Positions 29,759 through 38,602 of a stretch of 64,000 nt of DNA are shown one piece after another (the stretch's first letter is position 1; each line of letters starts with the position of its first letter). The position numbers and the translations under genes are program-made. The notes beneath the pieces were generated by a model that was not told where the DNA came from, searched no databases, and saw only the letters and a program-made list of their open reading frames with translations. This stretch comes from an uncultured Acidobacteriota bacterium (GTDB taxonomy: Bacteria > Acidobacteriota > Vicinamibacteria > Vicinamibacterales > 2-12-FULL-66-21), in NCBI GenBank assembly GCA_963820905.1, contig CAWGBU010000002.1, positions 366,144 through 430,143 on the forward strand. The letters run 5' to 3'.

Positions 29759-30685
29759 ATGAAGACATCTCTCCTTCAGTACGTCGCTGTAATTGCCCTC
29801 TCGAGCGCCGCGGGAATGACGTCGGTCGTGGCGCAGGCACCGACTCCAGCGTTCCAGAGCTCGGTTGACGTCGTCAGCATCCAAGCCTCCGTGCGCGACA
29901 AGCGCGGGCGACCGATCTCGAGTCTGACGACTGCTGATTTCGAAGTCCGCGACAACGGTCAAGCCAGACCGATCCTTTCGTTTCGGTCCGATCGACAGTC
30001 TCCTGTCAGTCTTGCGATTCTGACCGACATGAGCGGAAGCATGGCCGTAGCCTCGAAAATGGCGATGGCGCGGCAGGCGTTCGCCACGCTCCTGTCGCTG
30101 TTGCGCGACGGGCATGACGAAGTCGCGCTGTTTACGTTCGATTCCGCTCTCCATGAACGGCAGCCGTTTACAAGCGACATCACGCGCCTCAAAGGCGCCC
30201 TGGACGGTTTCGAGCCGTTCGGATCGACATCGCTCTACGATGCGACAGCCGCCACGGCGCGACGACTCGCCGATCGCTCGGCGACACACAAAGCGATCAT
30301 CATCCTCACTGACGGGACTGACACCAGCAGCACGCTGACTGCGCCGGAAGTATCCGGGCTGGCGAGTTCGATCGATGTGCCCGTCTACATCGTGGCGACG
30401 GTCCCATCAATCGACGAGGCCACGATGATGGAAGCGGCGGAACGTGCCCTGCCGTCAGGCAGCGCCGACTTGCGTGACCTCGCTGAATGGACTGGGGGTC
30501 AGTTGGTCTTTTCGCGCAACTTCGTCGAGACCACTGTGGTCGCCACACGCCTTCTCGACGAGCTGCGCCAACGATATGTCCTCGCCATCGAGGCCGCTCG
30601 GCTCAATGAGTGGCGCCGGCTCGAGGTTCGGGTCAAACACCCATCGGCTGTCGTCAAGGCGAGAAGCGGCTACTTCGGCGGGTAG
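29759..30685 (+). CDS. Secreted VWA (von Willebrand factor A) domain protein
   Basis: Signal peptide. MIDAS motif ILTDMSGSM. 308 aa. Confidence 0.75.
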   Translation: MKTSLLQYVAVIALSSAAGMTSVVAQAPTPAFQSSVDVVSIQASVRDKRGRPISSLTTADFEVRDNGQARPILSFRSDRQSPVSLAILTDMSGSMAVASKMAMARQAFATLLSLLRDGHDEVALFTFDSALHERQPFTSDITRLKGALDGFEPFGSTSLYDATAATARRLADRSATHKAIIILTDGTDTSSTLTAPEVSGLASSIDVPVYIVATVPSIDEATMMEAAERALPSGSADLRDLAEWTGGQLVFSRNFVETTVVATRLLDELRQRYVLAIEAARLNEWRRLEVRVKHPSAVVKARSGYFGG

Positions 30686-31012
30686 TGTCGCCGGCGCATT
30701 TCTGGCGCCTTCGGGCATAGGCGCCACGCCGAGGCCTGTAGCCTGAAGGCACAATGCGTCACTGTGCCACCCAGGCCTGGCCCGAACCGCGTCCTCCACC
30801 CCAAATTTTCAGCACCACAGCGTTCCGTGGCATCGATGGAAGCGCGTGACCGTACCGTCCCGGGCATCATCTCGATTCTCGTGTGCCCGACGGGAACGTG
30901 ACCGGTCCTCAACAGCTGACGCACGAGGAAAGGACACCGAGGACTCAAACCTCGCCGCTGACGCCGGGTGATAGACTCTTGCCGACGTCAAGACGTCGCA
31001 AGGAGCTGACCG

Positions 31013-32989
31013 GTGATATTCGACGCTGGACCATCCTCTCTCTTGATTGCAGCGGCAGTGGTCTCGGTCATGCTTCTGCACTCAATCTACAGCATCGGTC
31101 CCGCGCAGGTCGGACTGGTCCGGAAGCGATTCGGAGCCAAGCTCCCAGGCGACAATCCACTGGCGTTTCGCGGGGAAGCCGGGTACCAAGCGCAATTGCT
31201 CATGCCCGGCCTCCGTTTCAAATTCGGCCTGGTGTTCTCCGTGACGAAGCATCCCTGGGTGCAGGTCCCTGCGGGTCAAATCGGCGTGGTGATTGCCCAG
31301 GTTGGACAGCCGCTGCCCATCGGCGCAAAGTCGGCGGTGTACAAACCAGAGTTTGGCAATTTCAGCGACCTGAACACGTTCATCGAACAAGGCGGTCAAA
31401 AGGGCGTGCAGAGACCGGTGCTGTCTCCTGGCACGCTGGCCCCGATTCATCCCGTCGCCTTCCTGGTGATTACCAAGCCGGAAGTCTTCGGCCAACCGAT
31501 TTCTACCGACCTCAGCGCGTTGGCTCAGAAGAAGGGCGCGCTGACATACGCGGAGTTCGGGCTCGAAGAACGGCAGCTCGAAGTCACACGGATTTCACCG
31601 TATCCAACCGAGGCTGGACGAGTCCTCGACATGGTTGGTGTCGTCACCACCTTGGAAGGCGAGCCACTGCCTGCAGGTGATATTGCGAGCCGTCTGGGCG
31701 GATTCAGGGATATCGAAGCGTTGGAGGCGGACCCCGGCGCGAGCTCCGCTACGGATGCGCGACTCATCGAGACCATTCTGGGCAACCAGAACGACCGGCA
31801 CAGCGCCTACCAGGACTTTCAGAAATTCCTGCAATTGGGCGGCAAGATCGGACTGCAGCACGATCCGCTGCTGTATGGCGCCTACAACCTCAACCCGTTC
31901 CTGGTCCGCGTGGAAGAAGTGCCCATGCTCGTCGTCGAGCAGGGTCAGGTCGCCGTCATGAAGGCGTACGTCGGTCTGCCGACGCAGGATACGTCCGGTG
32001 TTGAGTTCAAGTTCGGCAGCCTCGTGCGGCCCGGTCATCGCGGCATCTGGCAGGAGCCGCTGCGAACCGGAAAATACCCGATCAATCCTCGCTGTTACCA
32101 GGCCGTCATCGTGCCAACGTTCATCATCACGCTGAACTGGGCCGATGTGGTATCGCAGGCTCACAATCTCGATGCGCAACTGAAGCAGATTGAGGCGAAG
32201 AGCAGTGAAGGGTTTCACTTTGCCATCGATCTGCAGGTGCAGATTCACATTCCAGACACCCAGGCTCCGTATGTCATCTCGATGGTCGGGAGCGTGGCGA
32301 ACCTCGTCAACGAGGTGCTGCAGGCTGCGGTCGGCAATCATTTCCGGAACAAGCTGCAAAGCATGCCCGCGGTCAGCTTCATCGCCACCAGGGAAGCGGT
32401 CCAGCAAGGGGCATTCGAGTACGTCAAAGAGGAACTGGCGAAGTATCGGGTCGAAACGCGCGGCGTGTACATCCAGGCAGTGGTGCTGCCAGAGCAGCTG
32501 GTTGGCGTGTTGACGGAGCGGGAAATCGCCAATCAGCAAATCGCCACCTACAAGATGCAGCAATCGGCGCAGGACCAGCGGACGGAAACCGAAAAGGCCA
32601 AAGGCACCGCGGATATGCAGGCGGACCTGGCGAAATCCCAGGTGGGTGTGGACATCCAGACCAACCGGACCGCGGCCCGGAAAATGGAGGCCCAGGGAGA
32701 GGCGGCCTTTATCGAGCAGACCGGCGCAGCCCAGGGCGCGCAGGTCAAATCGATCGGCCTGGCCCGGGCCGAAGCCTACGAGCGACAGGTTGCCGCGCTC
32801 GGAGCGAACGCGACAGCACTCGTGAACGCCGTCGAAGCTCTCTCGAAGAGCAATGTGCCGTTCATGCCGAACACCCTCGTCATGGGTGGCAGTGATGGGA
32901 GCGGCACGCTCGGAGGAGTGATGGCGCTCTTGATGCGCCAGATCGACGCCGGGCTGGCCCGGAGGCCAGCGCCGCCGCCGCTGCCCTAG
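31013..32989 (+). CDS. SPFH/band-7 (flotillin-like) membrane protein
   Basis: The GTG start is preceded by AAGGAG. An N-terminal TM helix leads into the SPFH core (IGPAQVGLVRKRFG...) and a long C-terminal coiled coil with flotillin-like EA repeats. 658 aa. Confidence 0.75.
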   Translation: MIFDAGPSSLLIAAAVVSVMLLHSIYSIGPAQVGLVRKRFGAKLPGDNPLAFRGEAGYQAQLLMPGLRFKFGLVFSVTKHPWVQVPAGQIGVVIAQVGQPLPIGAKSAVYKPEFGNFSDLNTFIEQGGQKGVQRPVLSPGTLAPIHPVAFLVITKPEVFGQPISTDLSALAQKKGALTYAEFGLEERQLEVTRISPYPTEAGRVLDMVGVVTTLEGEPLPAGDIASRLGGFRDIEALEADPGASSATDARLIETILGNQNDRHSAYQDFQKFLQLGGKIGLQHDPLLYGAYNLNPFLVRVEEVPMLVVEQGQVAVMKAYVGLPTQDTSGVEFKFGSLVRPGHRGIWQEPLRTGKYPINPRCYQAVIVPTFIITLNWADVVSQAHNLDAQLKQIEAKSSEGFHFAIDLQVQIHIPDTQAPYVISMVGSVANLVNEVLQAAVGNHFRNKLQSMPAVSFIATREAVQQGAFEYVKEELAKYRVETRGVYIQAVVLPEQLVGVLTEREIANQQIATYKMQQSAQDQRTETEKAKGTADMQADLAKSQVGVDIQTNRTAARKMEAQGEAAFIEQTGAAQGAQVKSIGLARAEAYERQVAALGANATALVNAVEALSKSNVPFMPNTLVMGGSDGSGTLGGVMALLMRQIDAGLARRPAPPPLP

Positions 32990-33076
32990 CACTCGAGTCG
33001 TCGCTGCGCAAGAAAGTCATAAAGAGTCAGTAAAAACTCCAGCTACGCGCGCGCATCGCTCTCAGCCGATGCCAGA

Positions 33077-34606
33077 ATGGCGGTAGAGCCAACCATGGAC
33101 CGCCACGCCACAACCCGGGATGCGATCGCGCTCCTCCTCAGCATCGGCGTGCTTGGTCTGGCAGTAGCCCTTCTCAGGATGCTGCCCGATGTCAGCGCGA
33201 CGACCGTCGCGCTGGCGCTGCTGCTGGTTGTCCTCGGCACCGCAACCAACGCACGCCTGGCCGTCGCGATCGTCGTATCCGTTGTGGCAATGCTGGCGTT
33301 CAATTTCTTCTTTCTTCCTCCCATTGGAACGTTGACCATTGCGAACCCGCAGAACTGGGTGGCGTTGTTCGCGTTTCTGACCGTGTCCGTCATCGCCAGC
33401 AATCTCTCGGCCGCTGCCAGGGACCGGGAGCGTGAGGCCATCGCTCGCGGCAACGAAGTCACGCGCTTGTTCGACCTGACACGAGATGTCCTGCTGACCA
33501 CGGAGACCGCCACGGCCATGGACATCATCGCTCGCCAGGTCGCGCGCCGTTTCGAGCTGACCACGGTGGCGATCGCCCTTCCCGCCGACCATGGATGGCG
33601 CGTGTATCAGGGGGGGAGCAGCGACGTGGCCATCGACGAGGCCGTCCTGAATACTGCGCTCGCGAAGGCGCGAGGGACGCTGGAGTTCGACGCGCACCAG
33701 CGCGCCTATGGCGGACACGTGCAGATCGGCGACGCCCAGACCGGCCTGAAAATCGTGCCGCTGCGCCACGGTGTGAAGGCCATGGGCCTGCTCGCGGCGG
33801 GCGCGTCGGATCTCGATATCGGCACGCTGGATGCGCTTGGCGGCGTCGTCGCGATTGCCATCGAGCGCACGCAGTTTCTCGGCGAGCGTGACGCCGCGGA
33901 GCGCGTTCGGCAGAAGGCGGATCTTGCAGCGACGCTTCTGGCGTCCTTGAGCCACGACCTCAGGACGCCGCTGACGGCGGCCCGGGTCGCCGTCGAGAAC
34001 CTTCGCGGCGAGCTGACGGCTGACGAACGCAAGGCGCAGACCGACCTCGCGGCTGCGGAGCTCGGCCGCCTGTCGCGTCTCTTCCAGGACATCCTGGACA
34101 TGGCGCGAGTGGATGCCTCCGCGATCCTGATCGAGCGGCAGTGGGTCACGCCGGCGGAAGTCATCGATGCCGCCATGGCCCACGTGCGTCACACGCTCAC
34201 CGGGCGAACGGTCAACGTGGATGCCGATGGCGAGATGGTCGTTGAAATCGATCCCCGGCTGGCGTCCGGGGCGCTCTCCCACCTGCTCGAGAACGCCGCG
34301 CAATATTCGCCGGCCGACCGCAGCATCGACGTCGTCGGCCGCGCCGAGCCCGACGGGCTGCGCGTGTCAGTCGTCGACCAAGGACCGGGGTTGGATCCAG
34401 GCGAGCTCGATCACCTCTTCGAGCGGTTCTATCGCGGTCGGGCTGCGCGGCAACTGTCGCCAGGAACGGGAATGGGACTCGCGATCAGTCGTGGGCTGCT
34501 GGCCGCCGCCGGGGGCCGGGTCTGGGCCGAGAACGTGCCTGGCGCGGGCGCCAGGTTCTCGATGGTCGTGCCCGGGGCCATCCGCCGCGTCGTGGAGGAG
34601 CGCTGA
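33077..34606 (+). CDS. kdpD: Sensor histidine kinase matching the C-terminal half of KdpD (4-TM, GAF-like, HisKA, HATPase_c); the N-terminal KdpD/Usp domains are absent
   Basis: KdpD-type TM region (AFNFFFLPPIGTLTIANPQNW), H-box LSHDLRTPLTA, and N/G boxes (LLENAAQYSP, GTGMGLAISRGL). Confidence 0.85.
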   Translation: MAVEPTMDRHATTRDAIALLLSIGVLGLAVALLRMLPDVSATTVALALLLVVLGTATNARLAVAIVVSVVAMLAFNFFFLPPIGTLTIANPQNWVALFAFLTVSVIASNLSAAARDREREAIARGNEVTRLFDLTRDVLLTTETATAMDIIARQVARRFELTTVAIALPADHGWRVYQGGSSDVAIDEAVLNTALAKARGTLEFDAHQRAYGGHVQIGDAQTGLKIVPLRHGVKAMGLLAAGASDLDIGTLDALGGVVAIAIERTQFLGERDAAERVRQKADLAATLLASLSHDLRTPLTAARVAVENLRGELTADERKAQTDLAAAELGRLSRLFQDILDMARVDASAILIERQWVTPAEVIDAAMAHVRHTLTGRTVNVDADGEMVVEIDPRLASGALSHLLENAAQYSPADRSIDVVGRAEPDGLRVSVVDQGPGLDPGELDHLFERFYRGRAARQLSPGTGMGLAISRGLLAAAGGRVWAENVPGAGARFSMVVPGAIRRVVEER

Positions 34607-35287
34607 GTGGCCGACCGCATCCTCGTCGTCGACGACGAGCCGAACATCCTGGCGACCATCACGCCGCTGCTCTGCGGCCGCGGGTACGACGTGCTGACCG
34701 CGATGACCGGACACGCGGCACTCGAAGCCGTGCACCGGGACGCGCCGGACCTCGTTATCCTGGACCTCGGACTGCCGGACCTCGACGGGGTCGAGGTCTG
34801 CACTCGGATTCGCGAGAGCCGCACCACCCCGATCGTCGTGTTGTCGGCGCGCGGCGGCGAGAACGACAAGGTACGGGCGCTCGATGCCGGCGCCGACGAC
34901 TACGTCACCAAGCCGTTCGGAACGGAGGAGCTCCTCGCGCGCGTGCGCGTGGCGCTGAGACGGATCGACACGGCACAGTCGAACGAGCCGATCGTGCGCG
35001 GCAAGCTGGTGATCGACCGGGAGCGCTTCCGGGTGCTCACCGACGGCAAGGAGGTCAGGCTCACGCCGAAGGAATTCGAGCTGCTGACCTATCTGGCGCA
35101 GCGGCCGGGGCGTGTCGTCACCCATCGCGCGATTCTGCGGGCCATCTGGGGGCCACAAGCGCTGAACCAGCCAGAACACCTGCGGGTCCTCGTCGGGTCG
35201 CTTCGACGGAAGATCGAACCCAATCCCTCTGCGCCGCAGTACATCCTCACGGAGCCATGGGTTGGCTATCGATTCATGGACGCGTGA
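34607..35287 (+). CDS. kdpE: OmpR-family response regulator KdpE
   Basis: The GTG start comes immediately after the kinase stop. REC (ILVVDDEPNIL...LDLGLPDLDG) plus the winged-helix Trans_reg_C (LTPKEFELLTYLAQRPGRVVTHRAIL...VGYRF). Confidence 0.85.
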   Translation: MADRILVVDDEPNILATITPLLCGRGYDVLTAMTGHAALEAVHRDAPDLVILDLGLPDLDGVEVCTRIRESRTTPIVVLSARGGENDKVRALDAGADDYVTKPFGTEELLARVRVALRRIDTAQSNEPIVRGKLVIDRERFRVLTDGKEVRLTPKEFELLTYLAQRPGRVVTHRAILRAIWGPQALNQPEHLRVLVGSLRRKIEPNPSAPQYILTEPWVGYRFMDA

Positions 35288-35328
35288 CCGTGCCGGGGCG
35301 CGTGGCGAGACTTATCGCGCTGCCTGCG

Positions 35329-36477
35329 TCACGCGCCCGGCTCACCAAGCGGCACGACTTGCACGGCAGCGTCTCGAACCTCTTCCAGAAATCGGTTCAA
35401 GGTCGATCCCTTCAACAGAATCTCCCATCGCGTACGAGCGCTCTGCCCGAAGATGACATGGGTAATGCCTTCGCGCTTGGCAAAGGCGATCAGACCGTCA
35501 GCGGGCTTGTCGGCTTTCACGCGCACGATCGTGGCTCCGAGATCCTTCGCCAGGGCGATGTTACGCTCCAACGCCTGCTGATCCGTGCGCTTGATGTGGC
35601 CGGGTGCCTCTCGCGGTGTTTCGACGTAAACCGCGTACCAGTGCGCGCCCAGCCGGCCGGCGATGCGCGCCCCGGCGCGAAGCACCCGCGGAGCATCGGC
35701 GCTCGAGCTCACGCACACCATCACTCGTTCAGGAATCAGCGCCGGCTCGAGACCCTCGCGCTGGCGATGCGACGCCGCTTTCTCGCCGATCTCGTCGGCA
35801 ACCGCACGCAAGGCCAGCTCGCGCAGCGTCGAGAGATTCGTCTCCCTGAAGAAATTCGTCAGCGCCTGCTCGACCTTTTCCGGCTTGTACACCTTTCCCT
35901 GTCGTAACCGGGTCTGGAGCTCCTGCACGGTCACGTCCACGTTGACGACTTCGTCGGCGCGATCGAGAAACGTGTCGGGCACGGTCTCGCGCACGCGGAC
36001 GCCGGTCACACGGCTCACCGCGTCGTTCAGCGTCTCCAGGTGCTGAATGTTGACGGCTGTCAGGACACCGATGCCGGCGTCGAGCAGGTCGAGCACGTCC
36101 TGATATCGCTTCTCGTGTCGTCCGCCCGGCGCGTTCGTGTGCGCCAGCTCGTCGACCACGGTGAGCTGCGGCTTCCTGGCAAGGATCGCCTCCAGATCCA
36201 TCTCTTCGAGGATCACGCCCCGGTACTCGACGCGCCGCCTCGGGATGATCGGCAGATCCTGCAGCCGCGCTTCCGTATCGGCGCGGCCGTGCGTCTCGAC
36301 GAAGCCGACCACGACATCGACGCCCTCCAGACGGAAGGCATGGGCGTCTTCGATCATTGAATAGGTCTTGCCAACGCCGGGGGCAGCACCGATGTAGATG
36401 CGGAGGCGCGCACGCTCTGCGGTCTGCAGCTTCGCCAATGCCTGCTCGCCCGTGATGCGGGTGGGATCCGACACCAA
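35329..36477 (-). CDS. Stand-alone KdpD N-terminal sensor domain protein (KdpD domain with P-loop, plus a Usp domain)
   Basis: RIYIGAAPGVGKTYSMIEDAHAFRLEGVDVVVGFVETHGRADTEA...VDELAHTN matches the KdpD N-terminal domain. A Usp-like C-terminus follows. There are no TM or kinase domains. Confidence 0.8.
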   Translation of the reverse strand: MVSDPTRITGEQALAKLQTAERARLRIYIGAAPGVGKTYSMIEDAHAFRLEGVDVVVGFVETHGRADTEARLQDLPIIPRRRVEYRGVILEEMDLEAILARKPQLTVVDELAHTNAPGGRHEKRYQDVLDLLDAGIGVLTAVNIQHLETLNDAVSRVTGVRVRETVPDTFLDRADEVVNVDVTVQELQTRLRQGKVYKPEKVEQALTNFFRETNLSTLRELALRAVADEIGEKAASHRQREGLEPALIPERVMVCVSSSADAPRVLRAGARIAGRLGAHWYAVYVETPREAPGHIKRTDQQALERNIALAKDLGATIVRVKADKPADGLIAFAKREGITHVIFGQSARTRWEILLKGSTLNRFLEEVRDAAVQVVPLGEPGA

Positions 36478-36500
36478 GGCATCGTAGCGCGAGCGTAGCG

Positions 36501-36586
36501 GCGAGCTGCGGCTCTTTATGAACTCTTTACGACTTTTCGAGACGGTCCTTACGCCTTTATGAATTCTTTAGCGACTCTTGATGCTC
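36501..36586. promoter_or_regulatory. Seven to eight direct TTTA-containing repeats at 11-bp periodicity in the divergent kdp promoter region; candidate KdpE operator
   Basis: ctctttatgaa ctctttacgac ttttcgagacg gtccttacgcc tttatgaattc tttagcgactc ttgatgctctt cttacgg. It is a locally AT-rich island. Confidence 0.4.
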
Positions 36587-36633
36587 TTCTTACGGCCAGG
36601 CGCCCTATGCTCGAGACGAAAGGCAGGTTCCCG

Positions 36634-36723
36634 TGCTGGATGTTGTCTTCGTCGCTGTGTCCCTGGTGTTCTTTGCCGTCGCCGTAGGCTACGTGTCGCT
36701 GTGCGACCGGCTGATGAAGTGAG
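36634..36723 (+). CDS. Small hydrophobic peptide (29 aa) immediately upstream of kdpF; second KdpF-like peptide or leader peptide
   Basis: GTG-start ORF VLDVVFVAVSLVFFAVAVGYVSLCDRLMK-stop; a single TM helix. Confidence 0.3.
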
Positions 36724-36729
36724 CGCGCT

Positions 36730-36819
36730 ATGAGTCTCGATTACCTCGTCGGATTGGTCGTGAGCCTGGCCCTGCTGGCGTACCTCGTGCTCGCCATGAT
36801 GAAGCCGGAGAAGTTCTGA
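36730..36819 (+). CDS. kdpF: K+-transporting ATPase subunit F (KdpF)
   Basis: MSLDYLVGLVVSLALLAYLVLAMMKPEKF-stop. 29 aa, single TM, ending 1 nt before the kdpA ATG. Confidence 0.6.
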   Translation: MSLDYLVGLVVSLALLAYLVLAMMKPEKF

Positions 36820-36820
36820 C

Positions 36821-38602
36821 ATGACTGCGAATGGCTGGTTGCAAATCGTCGTGTTTCTTCTGGCTGTCCTTGCCGTGACACCGCTGCTGGGCGGTTTCAT
36901 GGCGCGGGTGTTCTCGCGCCAGAAGACGTTCCTCGACTCGGTCGTGCGGCCCATCGAACGCCTGGTCTACAAGCTGACCGGCGTGGACGAGACGCGCGAG
37001 ATGCGGTGGACGGAGTACGCGGTGGCGGTGCTGATGTTCAGCGTGGTGTCGCTGCTGGTGCTGTACGTCATGCAGCGTATTCAGCACGTCCTGCCGCTCA
37101 ACCCGCAGGGCTTTGGTCCGGTGGCGCCGGACCTGGCGTTCAACACCGCTGTGTCGTTCACCACGAACACGAACTGGCAGGCGTACGGCGGCGAGACGAC
37201 GATGAGCTATTTCACGCAGATGGCCGGGCTCGCCTACCACAACTTCGTCTCGGCCGCGGTCGGCATCGCCGTCGCGATTGCGTTCATCCGCGGCATCGCC
37301 CAGCGCGAAAAGGACACGCTCGGGAACTTCTGGGTCGACATGGTTCGGGCGACGCTGTGGGTGCTGCTGCCGATCTCGATCGTCGGCGCGCTCTTCCTCG
37401 TCTCGCAGGGCGTCGTGCAGAACCTCAAGCCGTACGACAAGGTCGCCGTCGTCGATCCGCAGACCATCAGCTCGACCGGCGCCGACGGCAAGGCGCAGAC
37501 GACGGTCGTCAGCGAACAGACGATCGCGCAGGGACCGGTGGCGTCGCAGGAGATCATCAAGCAGTTCGGGACCAATGGCGGCGGCTTCTTCAATGCCAAC
37601 AGCTCGCATCCATTCGAGAATCCGACACCGCTGACCAATTTCCTCGCGATGTTCGCGATCTTCGCGATCTCGGCCGGTCTCACCTACACACTCGGGTCGA
37701 TGACGGGATCGCGCCGCCACGGCTGGGCAGTCTGGAGCGCGATGGCGTTCCTCTTCGTCGCCGGCGTCTCGGTGGCGTACTGGGCCGAAGCCCGCGGCAA
37801 CCCGATGTTGACCGCCGCCGGCGCCGACCAGGTGGTCTCCGATCAGTCCTCGGGCGGGAACATGGAGGGCAAGGAGGTGCGATTCGGCATCGCCAATACC
37901 GCCCTCTTCGCCACCGTCACCACCGACGCCAGTTGCGGCGCCATCAACGGCTGGCACGACTCGTTCACGCCGCTCGGCGGCCTGGTGCCGCTCGCCAACA
38001 TGCAATTGAGCGAGGTGGTGTTCGGCGGCGTCGGCGCGGGCATGTATGGAATCCTCGTCTACATCATCCTCGCGGTCTTCATCGCCGGCCTGATGGTCGG
38101 GCGGACGCCGGAATACCTGGGTAAGAAGATTCAGGCGTTCGAGGTGCAGATGGCGATGCTGACGGTGCTGATCTTCTCGTTCCTCATCCTGACGTTCACC
38201 GCCATCTCGTCGGTGTCGCCGGACTTCGGCACATCGAGCATCTTCAATCCCGGGCCGCACGGGCTGTCGGAGATGCTCTACGCCTACTCGTCCGCCGGCG
38301 CCAACAACGGCTCGGCCTTCGGCGGCATCAGCGTGAACACCAAGTGGTACAACACGACGCTCGGGCTCACGATGCTCTTCGGGCGCTTCTTCATGATCAT
38401 CCCGCCGCTCGCGATCGCCGGGAGCCTGAGCCGGAAGAAGATCGTGCCCGCGTCGCTCGGCACGTTCCCTGTGACCACACCGCTGTTCACCGCGCTGCTG
38501 GTGGGCGTGATCGTGATCGTCGGAGCGCTCACATTCTTTCCGGTCCTCAGTCTTGGACCCATCGTCGAGCATTTCATCATGCAGGCAGGGCAGGTGTTCT
38601 GA
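36821..38602 (+). CDS. kdpA: K+-transporting ATPase subunit A
   Basis: 593-aa polytopic protein with typical KdpA motifs ([13 protein letters not shown]..., [31 protein letters not shown]). Confidence 0.9.
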   Translation: MTANGWLQIVVFLLAVLAVTPLLGGFMARVFSRQKTFLDSVVRPIERLVYKLTGVDETREMRWTEYAVAVLMFSVVSLLVLYVMQRIQHVLPLNPQGFGPVAPDLAFNTAVSFTTNTNWQAYGGETTMSYFTQMAGLAYHNFVSAAVGIAVAIAFIRGIAQREKDTLGNFWVDMVRATLWVLLPISIVGALFLVSQGVVQNLKPYDKVAVVDPQTISSTGADGKAQTTVVSEQTIAQGPVASQEIIKQFGTNGGGFFNANSSHPFENPTPLTNFLAMFAIFAISAGLTYTLGSMTGSRRHGWAVWSAMAFLFVAGVSVAYWAEARGNPMLTAAGADQVVSDQSSGGNMEGKEVRFGIANTALFATVTTDASCGAINGWHDSFTPLGGLVPLANMQLSEVVFGGVGAGMYGILVYIILAVFIAGLMVGRTPEYLGKKIQAFEVQMAMLTVLIFSFLILTFTAISSVSPDFGTSSIFNPGPHGLSEMLYAYSSAGANNGSAFGGISVNTKWYNTTLGLTMLFGRFFMIIPPLAIAGSLSRKKIVPASLGTFPVTTPLFTALLVGVIVIVGALTFFPVLSLGPIVEHFIMQAGQVF

